Shown here one piece after another: positions 9,633 to 21,377 of a stretch of 64,000 nucleotides of DNA. The notes under the pieces are model-generated. The model saw only the letters and a list, made by a program, of their open reading frames with translations. It was not told the origin of the DNA and ran no database searches. Position 1 is the first letter of the stretch, and every line of letters begins with the position of its first letter. Position numbers and translations under genes: made by a program. This stretch comes from an uncultured Chlamydiae bacterium (GTDB lineage: Bacteria > Chlamydiota > Chlamydiia > Chlamydiales > Parachlamydiaceae): assembly GCA_963754655.1 (NCBI GenBank), contig CAVWGN010000001.1, forward strand, positions 480,001 through 544,000, read 5' to 3'.

Positions 9633-10664
9633 TCAAGGAAAGAATCCCTCTTCAAAAAAGAAAGAAGTTGTCCATAAAAGTTCTCCTAATCTCTCATAAA
9701 ATTCCTCTTTTTTTTGTAAATAAAAAGAACGATTCTTCAATCCTATTGAATGAAGTTGTTGAGGGGACAATTTTAGAAGAGATTGAATTTGATTCTCCAA
9801 TAAGACAGGATCAACGTAATAATTGATAGCTAAAAACCAAGGTTCTGAATGAGCATAAGGAACTAAACAGCGCGCATCGTGGATAAATTCGTTCATAGGT
9901 GGAGCATCTGTTGTTAAGACTACGGCACCTGTTGATAAGGCTTCCATAATAGAGTGTCCAAAGCCTTCAGTTTCACTTGGACATAAATGAATGCCGCATT
10001 GATTTTGAAGGGTGCGCAATTCTTTTTCAGGAATTCGATAGGGAATCCATTCGAGGTTGGATTGCGTAGAAGCAAAATCAGTTGGATATTTAATAACAGT
10101 TAAAAGGGGAAAATGAGGAGATGAAAGCCAGATATTTAAAATGGGAATCGTTCCTTTTTGAAGGCTTCCTCCTGCCAAATGGAAAAAATGGGAATAATCT
10201 TTTTTGACTTCTTTTCGATAACAATCAGGGCTTGTAAAGCCTATATAATAGGTTTGCTTATTCAATGCTTTGAAAATTCTTTCGATTTCTTTTGTACGAC
10301 ATAAGACTAAATCAATCTTATTGATTAAATCAATTGTCTGTTTATACCATTCAGGATTGGGAATAAACCAATTCAAATGGGCCCAATGATATTTCTCAGG
10401 GCACAAAATTTGAAAAAAAATATTGATGTGCGCACGGCGCTTTTTTGTTTCTTCGAAACTGACAAATTTGACAGAACAACCATATTGCTCTAATGCTTCT
10501 TTAAGAACTTTGAGATCGGTTTCCAATCCTCTACCATTATTTTCGCCGATAAGATTGATTTTTAGTGGCGTGGGAAGAATTTGATTTTCGGAAATAGCAA
10601 AGAGTGCGCAGAAAGAGAAAAGAAAGACAAATAATAAGGCTACAAAAGAAATTTTCTTATTCAT
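9633..10664 (-). CDS. GT-B (GT4-like) glycosyltransferase with signal peptide
   Basis: HLCPSETEGFGHSIMEALSTGAVVLTTDAPPMNE (EX7E motif); likely start MNKKISFVALLFVFLFSFCALFA at 10664. Confidence 0.85.
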   Translation of the reverse strand: MNKKISFVALLFVFLFSFCALFAISENQILPTPLKINLIGENNGRGLETDLKVLKEALEQYGCSVKFVSFEETKKRRAHINIFFQILCPEKYHWAHLNWFIPNPEWYKQTIDLINKIDLVLCRTKEIERIFKALNKQTYYIGFTSPDCYRKEVKKDYSHFFHLAGGSLQKGTIPILNIWLSSPHFPLLTVIKYPTDFASTQSNLEWIPYRIPEKELRTLQNQCGIHLCPSETEGFGHSIMEALSTGAVVLTTDAPPMNEFIHDARCLVPYAHSEPWFLAINYYVDPVLLENQIQSLLKLSPQQLHSIGLKNRSFYLQKKEEFYERLGELLWTTSFFFEEGFFP

Positions 10665-11204
10665 TTTTAGTTTATAGCTTAAATTGTTAAGAAAGCATCC
10701 CAGAACTGAGAAATATTCAGTTCTCTCTATCCAAGTTAAAAATAGCAGGATTCCTTTAATAAAATAAAGAAGAATTCTGCAACTAATTTCCAAAAAAATA
10801 TTTAAGGATTGGACTAATTATTTTGTCTTTGGCCCACGCAGTTTTATAATCAACTTATAAAACATTGCTAAATATGGGAGTGCGTTGGGGGTTGATGAAA
10901 ATGCCGTAAAACGAACTTCATCAAGTTCCAACGCACTGCTAAATCGAAAAATATCTATATTTGACAATTTTTTTAAAGCAACTTTTTCAATTTAAAATAC
11001 TTAAAGATTTAGGATTGAAAAATGGGAATAATAAATCTTGAAATATATATGAAAAAATCATAACTTTCTAAAAAATTAATTTTCATTTGTTTTGGGCAGA
11101 ACATCTTACGATATACCAAATTGAAGTCAAAAATGGAAATTTCGGCTTGGCTAAAGCCAATATCATTAATTTAAAGGTAATGAATTGATACGAAGCGGTA
11201 TTGG

Positions 11205-11699
11205 GCGTGTCTTAAAACCTTAGGGCAGAGGAACTGGACTAGTAATCTATTACATTTTTAAACTTTTCCTATACGTTAAGTTAAAAGATGAGCTTAGGTT
11301 AAGCGACGCATTCAGTCGCCGCGCCGCTTCGCTCCGGGCTTTAGGTGAGGGGTGTGGGACCCACCGTTCGGTCGTCCTCCGGGCTCGGCATGGTGGACTA
11401 GTATTAGTCGTCTTACGGACTCTACGGCAATGTAGAAGTCATTGAATGCTAGGCAAGGCGTTTTGATCATGCCCCTAGAGTCCGTAGGACGACTGATACT
11501 AGCCCACCGTGACCGAGCCCGGAGGGCGACCGAACGGTGGGTCCCACACCCCTCACCTAGAGCCCAGAGCGAAGCGGCGCGGCGACTGAATGCGTCGCTA
11601 GCCTAAGCTCATCTCTTAGCTTAATGCATAGGAGAGGTTTAAAGCCGTCTCCATTATGAAAAAACCGCTGTAAATGGGTAATAGTTTTTTAAGACACGC
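11205..11699. repeat. Palindrome family B, copy 1, inside gcgtgtcttaaaa/ttttaagacacgc terminal inverted repeats (MITE-like)
   Basis: Arms gacgcattcagtcgcc...ggactcta / tagagtcc...ggcgactgaatgcgtc around a ~42-nt loop; palindromic core ~11257-11643. Confidence 0.9.
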
Positions 11700-11819
11700 T
11701 AAGCGAGTGAGTGAGTCTAGGATATGCTGCACCGCCTTCGGTTATGTCAATATAAGTAGATGCATTAAAGATAATAGAGAGATCTTCAGTGAAATTAAAG
11801 CATGAAAATCCAAATTTAC

Positions 11820-12294
11820 CATATGCGCCGTAAAGCCCCGTCCTTCGAGGCTGACAGGAAATTGATAATTTCGGACTTATAACTTATCTTAATTGGTCTT
11901 GAGTATATTGTGAGTGGTTTCAAAAATTATTTAAAGCCTGAAATTATCAATTTCCTGTCAGTCTCTTCAGGATGGGAATATAAGGCGCAAAATTTCCAAA
12001 ATGCGCTTTAGCATTTTGGAAATTTTAATCTAGTGGCATTTTTTGATTTTCGATATATTGTTTAATGATTGAAATTGGCGCTCCGCCACAAGAGGCTGCA
12101 AAGTCACTTGAAGACCATAGCATGCCCTTCCAGTACGGGCCAAATAACGTGTTGGCGGCCGGGCAGGCCGCGTCGGCCTGTGGATCGAATCTCAATAGAG
12201 ATCGCAAGCAGGAACTAGTAGAAATCCGCGAGGAAGGTCTACTTCTTAAGTTAGCTTAAGGAATCCTCCACATTTATGCGGAGGAGGATGTCAA
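11820..12294 (+). mobile_element. Internally deleted IS200/IS605 (IS608-like) element: left end, tnpA 3' fragment (-), tnpB 3' fragment (+), right end
   Basis: TTAC at 11816-11819, then the AAAG-CCCC hairpin left end; TnpA tail LWSSSDFAASCGGAPISIIKQYIENQ (12025-~12140); TnpB-like tail NVLAAGQAASACG...RKQE (to 12259); right end GAATCCTCCACATTTATGCGGAGGAGGATGTCAA. Confidence 0.88.
11847..11965. mobile_element. 119-bp MITE inserted in the IS608-like left-end hairpin, 3-bp TSD (TTC)
   Basis: TIRs gaggctgacaggaaattgataatttc / gaaattatcaatttcctgtcagtctc; TTC at 11844-11846 and 11966-11968. Confidence 0.85.
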
Positions 12295-12335
12295 CTTAAG
12301 ATTGCATATGAGCAATCGCTAAAGAAACGGCAAAA

Positions 12336-13451
12336 ATGAATAGAATTCTTTATTATTTTATAAGCATCCTCTTCACATTAAATGCTATACAAGCAAGCTT
12401 ACCGTCAGATGAAAATACACAAAAAAAAGCGTTGATTTTTGGAGTGACGGGTCAAGATGGACATTACCTTACTGAATTGCTATTAAATAAAAACTATGAA
12501 GTTCATGGTGTTGCAAGGCATGCCCCTTTGCTAGCTAAAACTTCTAGTCAACAATCCAATCAAGATCATTTTTACTTTCACATAGGGGATATTACCAATT
12601 ACTCTCATTTGATTCATTTGATTGGAACAATTCGCCCTGATGAAATCTATAATTTAGCAGCTCAAACTCATGTACAAGCTTCATTTGAATACCCCGAGGA
12701 TACTGCTCAGATTAATGCTTTAGGGACTCTTCGAATTTTGGAGGCAGTGAGGATCTTAGATCTCGAGAAAAAAGTGAAATTTTTCCAAGCCTCTTCCAGT
12801 GAATTGTATGGTCTTGCACAAGAGACGCCGCAAACAGAAAAGACTCCTTTTTATCCTCGCTCACCTTATGGAGTTGCTAAGTTGTATGGCTATTGGATTA
12901 CCGTGAATTATAGAGAATCTTATGACATATTTGCTTGCAATGGAATTTTATTTAACCATGAATCTCCTTTAAGGAATGAAACATTTGTTACGCGCAAGAT
13001 TACCTTGGCAGCTTGCCGACATAAATTAGGGCTGCAAGATGTTCTTTATTTAGGAAATCTAGATGCTAAACGTGATTGGGGATATGCGAAGGACTATGTG
13101 GAGGCCATGTGGTTAATGCTACAACATGAAAAATCTGATGATTATATTATTTCGACAGGTGAAGGATATTCCGTGCGTGAATTTGTTGAACTTGCCTTTA
13201 AAGAACTTGATATTGAAATAGAATGGCGAGGAGAAGGTGTAGAAGAACAGGGAATTGATAAAAAGACAGGAGAAGTCCTCGTAAAAATTGATTCCAAATA
13301 CTATCGCCCAACTGAAGTGACTTATCTTTTAGGCAAAGCTGAAAAAGCTGAAAAAATCCTTAAATGGAAACCCAAAACAAGTTTTAAGGAACTTGTCAAA
13401 ATCATGATTGATGCAGACTATCAAAAAGCATTGAACGAAAAAGCGATGTGA
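12336..13451 (+). CDS. gmd: GDP-mannose 4,6-dehydratase paralogue 1 with signal-peptide-like N-terminus
   Basis: [49 protein letters not shown]. Confidence 0.93.
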   Translation: MNRILYYFISILFTLNAIQASLPSDENTQKKALIFGVTGQDGHYLTELLLNKNYEVHGVARHAPLLAKTSSQQSNQDHFYFHIGDITNYSHLIHLIGTIRPDEIYNLAAQTHVQASFEYPEDTAQINALGTLRILEAVRILDLEKKVKFFQASSSELYGLAQETPQTEKTPFYPRSPYGVAKLYGYWITVNYRESYDIFACNGILFNHESPLRNETFVTRKITLAACRHKLGLQDVLYLGNLDAKRDWGYAKDYVEAMWLMLQHEKSDDYIISTGEGYSVREFVELAFKELDIEIEWRGEGVEEQGIDKKTGEVLVKIDSKYYRPTEVTYLLGKAEKAEKILKWKPKTSFKELVKIMIDADYQKALNEKAM

Positions 13452-13501
13452 TTTTGTTAAATTTTGAAATATTTATTCTTAACCCTCTCTGAGTAACAAA
13501 T

Positions 13502-14677
13502 ATGTTATTTTATCCTTTTTTCTTTACGCTAGCATGTCTCATTTTTAACTTAACAAATGTATTTGCAAATCATCAAACAATAGACGATGAAAGCAATCAA
13601 CCTAAAAAAGCGATCATTTTTGGCATCACAGGCCAAGATGGTGCTTATCTTACAGAATTCCTTCTAAACAAAAACTATGAAGTTCATGGTGTAATTAGGC
13701 GCTCTTCTTTAGCAAATACCACTCGTCTTGAGTCCTTTATTCAAGATTCAGCAACCTTTAATAAAAGCCTTTTTTTACATTATGGTGACCTAACAGACTC
13801 TATGAGTATTTTTGATCTTATTCAAAGAGTTCAACCGGATGAGATCTACAATTTAGCAGCCCAAAGTCATGTCAGAGTTTCTTTTGATCTTCCTGAATAT
13901 ACAGCAGAAGTAGATGCTCTTGGGACATTGCGTATTTTGGAAACAATTAAGCTATTAAATCTTTCAACAAAAGTAAAATTTTATCAAGCTTCAACAAGTG
14001 AACTCTATGGGCTTGTGCAAGAGACGCCTCAAACAGAAACGACTCCTTTTTATCCTCGCTCACCTTATGGAGTAGCCAAGCTCTATGGCTATTGGATCAC
14101 TGTGAATTATAGAGAATCTTATGGCATATTTGCTTGTAATGGAATTTTATTTAACCATGAATCTCCTCTTAGGGGAGAAACATTTGTTACGCGCAAAATT
14201 ACCTTGGCAGCTTGCCGTCATAAATTAGGGATGCAAGATGTTCTTTATTTAGGAAATCTGGATGCTAAGCGCGATTGGGGATATGCTAAAGACTATGTAG
14301 AGGCTATGTGGCTCATGCTGCAGCAAGATGTACCCAATGACTATGTCATCGCGACAGGCGAAGCACATTCAGTGCGTGAATTTGTTGAGCTTGCTTTTAA
14401 AGAACTTGACATTGGAATAGAGTGGCAAGGAGAAGGCGTAGAAGAGCAGGGTATTGATAAAAAAACAGGAAAAGCCATCGTAAAAATTGATCCTAGGTAT
14501 TACCGCCCAAGTGAAGTTGATTTTCTTTTAGGAAAGGCTGATAAAGCAGAAAAGATGCTTAAGTGGAAGCCTAAAACAAGTTTTAAGGAACTTGTCAAAA
14601 TTATGGTAGAAGCCGATTATAAAATAGGATTAAAGGAAAGAATGTTTATATTGAATGAGCATCCAATAGTATATTAA
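13502..14677 (+). CDS. gmd: GDP-mannose 4,6-dehydratase paralogue 2 with signal-peptide-like N-terminus
   Basis: [40 protein letters not shown]. Confidence 0.95.
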   Translation: MLFYPFFFTLACLIFNLTNVFANHQTIDDESNQPKKAIIFGITGQDGAYLTEFLLNKNYEVHGVIRRSSLANTTRLESFIQDSATFNKSLFLHYGDLTDSMSIFDLIQRVQPDEIYNLAAQSHVRVSFDLPEYTAEVDALGTLRILETIKLLNLSTKVKFYQASTSELYGLVQETPQTETTPFYPRSPYGVAKLYGYWITVNYRESYGIFACNGILFNHESPLRGETFVTRKITLAACRHKLGMQDVLYLGNLDAKRDWGYAKDYVEAMWLMLQQDVPNDYVIATGEAHSVREFVELAFKELDIGIEWQGEGVEEQGIDKKTGKAIVKIDPRYYRPSEVDFLLGKADKAEKMLKWKPKTSFKELVKIMVEADYKIGLKERMFILNEHPIVY

Positions 14678-15702
14678 CAATAAATATGTCAATAGCATTC
14701 CCTGTTAAGTGAATTAAAATTTATAAATGAAAGTAGACCAATAATTGGAGGAGCAGCAATAATGGATAGTTAATGATTATGGTCTACAAAACAAGAACTA
14801 TTTTGAGCGGAGAATACGTAGAAGCTTAAGCGGTTTTTTTCAGAAGGTGCAGTAGTTTTTATTCCTCATTTATATTTTTATTGAGTATTTTGGCTCTTTT
14901 TATCTTTCTGCTTTATTAGTCTTACTTTGGCTTTTGGAAGAAAAAAGATAAATTCCAAACTATAAAACTTATTGTCTTTCTGGCATTCTTTTCAAATTTG
15001 ATTTTTTTCTCAAGTTGTTTGTTGTATTTTTCGCGTGCCTAAATGTAGTACGTATCTTTAACTTATATAGTTCAACAGATTAAGAAATTTAAATTCTCAA
15101 GCAATAACGCTTCTTAGCGCTAAGGATGATCTTCTATATTGTTGAAAATGCCGAGAAAATCAGTCTTTGTTTACACTCATAAAATAGTTGATTAACGATT
15201 TTGCGAACTTATTGCAAAAGTATAAATTTTTATTCATTTACAAAGATTCAAGAGATCGAATTATTTCATATATTTATTTGCTAAGCGATTGAAGGAGGAG
15301 CATCCTTTTTATTCTCTTGATTTTCTAGAATAAAGACACAAATTGAAAAACTTAATTATAGGCCATATATGGTAATTCCCTGTATAGATTTCACCATAAT
15401 ATTCTTTTAAAACTGCGCATCGATTAAGTCATAATGTTTGAAGTACAAGATTTGAACATTGCTAAGTCCTCTAAGGGGAAGCCTTGATAAGCAAGGCAAA
15501 ACAATATTTAAAATTGCAAACTTTTCCGATTTATATTTAACATCTGATCAAGCCAAGAAATAGGAGAAAAATCTTAGGGTTTTCTTTAACATTTAGAAAA
15601 GCAATTATTGGACAAGGGAGAGAATACTTTACTTCTAGACACATTTAACTTTATAAAGAAAATATGTAATCTTTAATTTAATGGGAATATGAAAATCTTT
15701 TA

Positions 15703-17201
15703 GTAATTACTCAGGTCTGCTTAGAGATTAAGTTAAGACTGTGGAAGAAAAATGACTAAAGGATTATCGATAAAAGCTTGTTCTATAGCTTTTAAAATTT
15801 TGAATCCTCTCTTAAGAGCGGTAGAAATAAAGCTTCGCAAGAGGCAAAATATTTTTGCGAAATAGGGTGAACGAAAGCAACCAGAGACCTTCATTTTGAG
15901 TTTCATCATTCGAAGATCGCGTTCGGCTAAGTTATTATCAAATGGAATATTCTTATTTCCTAAAAAGCGCAGCGTTTCTATTTTAACATTTTTCAATCGA
16001 TTAAGTAAATTTTTAGCTTTAGATTGTGCCTATTGTGCAGGACCGGTTTCTTCATATTCTTTAAAACCCCTTTCCAAGATGGCTTCGTACTTTGCTTCAA
16101 ATTCTTTTTGCTTAAGTTGTCTCTCTTCACTTTTATTAATTTCTTGCAATAGCTCCTTCATGTCTTTTGCCCACTTTAGTTTTGTCGTTTCAAAGGCTGC
16201 CTCAAGCTCTCTTAAATGATGAGCGTGGCAAAGAGAATGCTGGCAATCAAACTTAAAGTAAGGAGCATAGTGATCGTGTACAAGAACGCCTCTAAAACTC
16301 GGTAATACATCCATTTCAACCATTGCCAGGTAGCTTCTTCTCGGATGGGCAAAAAATAGCGTTGAGTCTTTAGTTGAGGCAACATGCAACCAAAAAAGTT
16401 GCTTATTTACTTTTAAAGCGGTTTCATCTGCATGCAAAATAGAAGATGTTTTAAGCTTTTTCCTTGAGAATTGCTTCAAAGCTTTGTTAATTTTTAGCTG
16501 TTAATTTTTCCACTCTGAATAAGGAAGCTTGGCTGAGGGTATGGCCAAAAACATCTTGGCAAAACTCTTGTACCCTTTGTGCTGAAACAAAATGATAATT
16601 ATGTAGATAGATAAGTAAGGATTTAAAATGTGGACCGTACTGCACGGGGGCACTTATTTCTTTGGATATACAAGGACGACAAATGGTCTGACAATAGGGA
16701 CATTGAATTTCATGAATATGGTGATCTGTTATCTTAATGCAAAGCTCTGGTATTTCAAACACTTGAGTCTTTGTAATTTGTCTATTAACTTGTTCTACAT
16801 TTTGCCCACATTGAGGGCAGTCTTTTACTTTGTACTCTTTAATTTCATCGGGTGTTTGTGAAGTCTTAAGAGTTCAGCCTTTATGTCCGATTTGTCCCCG
16901 CTTTTCTTGTCACTTTTAGGCTTTTTAGCTACAAATTTTTTAAAAACATCACTAGAAGGCGGCTTCTGACTATTGCTACTATTTCGATTAATTCTTTCCT
17001 CTAAAGCTTTCACTTTCATCTCTAGTTGATGCACTAATTCTTTTAACTTTTGATTCTCTTTCCAAAGAATCAGAATCAATGTATCTTTTTGTTCAGAGGT
17101 TAATTTAGTTAAATCCGGAAGCTTATCCATGCTTAACTCTCTTAATAGAATCTAATTAATTCTATTATAACAGTTTAAGCTTTTTGTGCCTAAGTAGTTA
17201 C
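15703..17201 (-). mobile_element. IS66-family element with frameshifted transposase pseudogene
   Basis: Fragments [58 protein letters not shown]; TIRs gtaattactcagg / cctaagtagttac; imperfect 8-bp TSD atctttta/atttttta. Confidence 0.92.
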
Positions 17202-17245
17202 ATTTTTTATAGGTAAATTTTCAACGATAAAATATAGAAATAAGC

Positions 17246-18740
17246 GTAACTACTCGGGCTATCAAAATAATTCTATAATTTGTGTATAATAGAGGAGGAT
17301 AACTTGATGGTTTTTTTATGGAAGAGCTCCCCCCTTAATCAATTATCTTTAGAGCAGAAAGATCTGTTGATTATTGAATTATTTGCGTTAGTAAAAGAAT
17401 TAAGAGAAAAAATAGCTTTCTTAGAGAGGAAAAACGCAGAGTTAAAAGCCAAGCTATCTTCTAATAGCCGAAATAGTCACAAGCCACCACCTTCAAGTGA
17501 TGGATTTAAAAAGCCAAAAAGTCTTAGATCCAAGAGTGAAAGACTCAGCGGAGCGCAAAAAGGGCACCTTGGCCATACATTAAAAGAAAGCGATCATCCC
17601 GATCGGGGGAATAGGCATCCCATAAAAAAAATGCCCTCATTGCGCCAGAAGTCTTGGAGAGGAAAATCATTTATATTGGAAAAAAGGCTCAAGTCTTTGA
17701 TATTCTATAACTAAAGATAGAAATAGAAGAATGTTTTTGCCTCAATTGTCAAAAGAGTTGCTCAGCGAACTTCCCTTCAGGAATGCGATTTATGGCCTAA
17801 GAATACAAGCTTTTCTCATCTATTTGAGAGACTATCACTACTTACCAAGTGAACGCACAGTCGAATTTTTTCAAGATGTTTTTCAGCACACTTTAAGCGA
17901 AGGTGTTATCTATCAAGCAGAAATGAATTGTAATGACCATTTAGAAGAGTTCGAAAAGCTGCTAAAGAATGCTTTAAAAGAGGCTCCGTTAAATCATGCA
18001 GATAAGACAACTTTAAGATTAAAAAAAATCATTGGCTACATGTTTTATCTAATCCTTGGTCAACCTATCTTTATATTCACAAAAAACGAGGTGGGAGGCG
18101 ATGGATGAAATAGATATTCTTTCTCACTTTCTTGGAATTCTGGTTCACAATCATTTTAAGCCTTACTTTAAATATGGCTATGAGCATTCATTATGCAATG
18201 CCCATCACTTAAGAGAACTGCAAGCAGTTTTTGATGATACCGGCCATTCATGGGCAGATTTAATGCAAATGTTACTTAAAGAAATTAAAGATACAAAAGA
18301 AACAAAAAGGCTTCTTGCGACTAACAAGAGAGTTTTTCAGACGAATATGATAGACTAATCAATCTTGGATACAAAGAACAAAAGAGCGCTCGCCGCCTTG
18401 TCGCCCAAAAGAGATCTGCTTGCTCGATCGCCTTAAATCTTATAAAACCCCAACTCTTCTTTTTATGTACAAAGAAGAAGTGTCATTTGATAATAACCAA
18501 GCGGAAAGAGACATTCGTATGATGAAACTCAAGATGAAAATAGCTGGGTGTTTCCGCAGTCAACAAGCAGCAAAAGCTTTCTGTCTAATTCGAAGTTATA
18601 TTTTCACCATGAAAAAAAATGGTATGGCTGTATTTCAATTTTTGGCGGATGTCTTTCATCCACCCTCTTCAGATTTCTTCTCAAGTATTCGCTTTTATTA
18701 AATTTGTCAAATCACAAATTATTACAACCTAATTATTTAC
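17246..18740 (+). mobile_element. Second, diverged IS66-family element with frameshifted transposase pseudogene
   Basis: [47 protein letters not shown]; ends gtaactactcggg / cctaattatttac; flanks aaataagc/taataagc. Confidence 0.9.
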
Positions 18741-18856
18741 TAATAAGCGCTAATATTGCTTGACTTAATATGGAACCATTTACCATATATCTCTCTACAG
18801 GCGTTAATTTTTTCACACTTGCCCAAGTTTTCAGAATTCAAACAAGAAGGGGGTAT

Positions 18857-19639
18857 ATGATGCGTTTATTCAAAATTCTCGTTTTCTTTTTTAGCTTATT
18901 GACTCATTTTTATAGTCAGGCCGCAGAGATAGAAGTGCCTTCACCATTTTTAATGTATAAAGTCGCTGGTACAGTAGATGAAGCTTGGTTTATAAACTCA
19001 GGAAAAGCATCTCTAGTAGATTTAGAAATTGCTTTGTCAACAGTTGGATATAATTTGACGGATTTTAAGAAAATTTTAGATTGGGGATGTGGTTGTGGAA
19101 GAATTACTCGCCACATGTCCGAAATAAAAAATTATGCTGAAATTCATGGATGTGATATTGATGCAGAGGCAATTAATTGGTCTAAAACTCATATTCCATT
19201 CGTAAATTTTTCTATTTGTGACGGACTTCCTCCAACTCTATATCCAAATAATTATTTCGATTTTATTTTTAGCCATAGCGTTATGACTCATTTGGATGAA
19301 AATTACCAAGATGCATGGTTGGCTGAATTAAAAAGAATTCTTAAGCCAGGAGGAGTGATAATCTTAAGCACCCATGGAGATACTGCAATATCAACATGGA
19401 TTGACTATCTCAGAGCCAATAATATTAATGCAGAACCTTATTTGAATGCTCTCGACCAAAGAGGTATGTGCTTTTGGAAGGATGATCAATGGGGAGGAAT
19501 ATTTCCTGATTTTTATCATTCCGCTTTTCATCGTGCGTGGTATATATATCAGCATTGGGGAAAATTTTTTCAAGTTAAATCCTATTTAGTACAAAGAGGT
19601 TTAGGTTGGCAAGATTATGTTGTAATGATGAAGGAATAG
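18857..19639 (+). CDS. Class I SAM-dependent methyltransferase with signal peptide
   Basis: ILDWGCGCGR, FDFIFSHSVMTH, LKRILKPGG; N-terminus MMRLFKILVFFFSLLTHFYSQA. Confidence 0.88.
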   Translation: MMRLFKILVFFFSLLTHFYSQAAEIEVPSPFLMYKVAGTVDEAWFINSGKASLVDLEIALSTVGYNLTDFKKILDWGCGCGRITRHMSEIKNYAEIHGCDIDAEAINWSKTHIPFVNFSICDGLPPTLYPNNYFDFIFSHSVMTHLDENYQDAWLAELKRILKPGGVIILSTHGDTAISTWIDYLRANNINAEPYLNALDQRGMCFWKDDQWGGIFPDFYHSAFHRAWYIYQHWGKFFQVKSYLVQRGLGWQDYVVMMKE

Positions 19640-19664
19640 TTTAAATTTAGTATACAGGAGGAAA

Positions 19665-20498
19665 ATGTTTATCGTACGCTTGTCTTACTTTTTAATTATT
19701 TTGTTATTAGCCTTTACATTTGATAGTGCATGGGCTCAACAATCACTTTTTCAAAGAATTAGGGGAACAAACCGAAAGGAAATAACTGAATTTGTTAAGC
19801 AATTTCCAGAAGAACAATATAAAGTTTATACAATTCCAGAATATGGAAGTTTTTATCTTGATGATATAGGTGATTATGTCAAAAGCATGTTAATCTCTGG
19901 TCATCCTTGGGAACCGCACATTAGAGAACTAATTTTTAAATATGTTAAACCTAAATCTATTGTATTGGATATTGGGGCTCATATTGGAACACATACATTA
20001 GATATGTCTAAACAAGTGGGACCTAAAGGACGGGTCTTAGCATTTGAACCCCAACCAAAAATTTTTCGAGAATTGTTTTGGAATGCAAGGTTAAATAAAG
20101 CAAAGAATATTTATTTTTATCCGGTTGCTGTAGGGGATCATAATGGCACAATTGAGTTAAGCCCGCTTCTACCTTATAATGAAGCTGGAACGAGTCTTAT
20201 TTGGGGAGGCGCTGGAAAGTTTATGCCTCTAATTACTATCGATTCATTAATGTTGAATAATGTATCTCTTATAAAAATTGATGTTGAACTTCAAGAAAAT
20301 TTAGTCCTAGATGGTGCAAAAGAAACTATTGCAAGGTGCCGTCCTGTAATTCTTATTGAAATTAGAGGAGATTACGGATTTGAAAATGCCCCACCTGCAA
20401 TCAAAGATGAGATTGTATTTACAATATCCAAATTAGAAAGGATGGGATATACAGTTACATGTATAGGTCATGCTGATTTTTTAGCTATTCCCATTTAA
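19665..20498 (+). CDS. FkbM family methyltransferase with signal peptide
   Basis: VLDIGAHIGTHT, VLAFEPQP, LIKIDVE; N-terminus ...LLAFTFDSAWA-QQ. Confidence 0.9.
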   Translation: MFIVRLSYFLIILLLAFTFDSAWAQQSLFQRIRGTNRKEITEFVKQFPEEQYKVYTIPEYGSFYLDDIGDYVKSMLISGHPWEPHIRELIFKYVKPKSIVLDIGAHIGTHTLDMSKQVGPKGRVLAFEPQPKIFRELFWNARLNKAKNIYFYPVAVGDHNGTIELSPLLPYNEAGTSLIWGGAGKFMPLITIDSLMLNNVSLIKIDVELQENLVLDGAKETIARCRPVILIEIRGDYGFENAPPAIKDEIVFTISKLERMGYTVTCIGHADFLAIPI

Positions 20499-21377
20499 TG
20501 GAAAAATTAAGATTAGTCATCTACCTTTTCATCGAGCTTATTTTAACTGTGTTTTGAGTTTTTCTCTATTTGATTGCGACTTTGATGTAACCAAATGGCG
20601 AAAAAACTCAAAACACCTTCGATGATTGAACTCCTCGTTGATTTTCTAATTTAGACTCCTTGTATACTTAAATTTCAATATTGTTTACTGGTCAAGGGAT
20701 CAGGAAAGCAAAGAATCAATATTTAACTTCATATTTGAAGTTTTGCAAAATTAATTAATTCACGTTGGCACAGCCCTAAAGTGGCCAGTATATCTTCTCT
20801 TTTCTTATGCCTTTCTGTAATTTCTTCGATAACCCAGCTTATAGTCTTACCAAGAGTCTCTTCTAGTACAAATCGACAAGCTTCACCAATTGTATTTAGA
20901 GTGATTTTTGCCCGTTCACACGGATGATTCTTTTTCAATATTGAAACTAAGAGACTATGCGCTAAGATGACAAGATACATGTGCCTTGTTTGGCTTTGTC
21001 CGCTTCTTAGCTGACATTCTCCCATTCCTAAATATTGTTTGCCATCCCGGTGAAATGTTTCTGTACCACTCCAGCGTTTTTTATAAGCGTTCTATATACG
21101 TCTGACTTCCCACTTGATGCGATTAGTCACTAAAATTTTAACTGGATCTTTATCATTCTTTATGTCCCAAAGAATAAGAATTCGCACTTTATGATCAATG
21201 TTGGGAATGTGGCAGCTCTTCGTAAAATACCATTGTTTTTTTTCCATTCCATTCAATCGTTTTCGGTTTTTCGGCTAAATTGATCCAGCCTCTTCAATTG
21301 CATGCATTTGCTTGCCTTGAAAATCTACCCAACGATCGAACTTCAAATCTCCTACATAAGCTCTATCTAAGCTGTTA

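Noticed and set aside
10879..10937. Imperfect 21-bp inverted repeat upstream of the GT4 gene; similar 15-bp one at 20549-20616
   Set aside because: Single short hairpins with no second copy or TSD; cannot distinguish terminator, operator or decayed MITE
14700..15700. 1-kb AT-rich gap, with a possible IS3-like end near 14735-14760
   Set aside because: No ORF or recognisable motif could be reconstructed; the similarity is too weak to call
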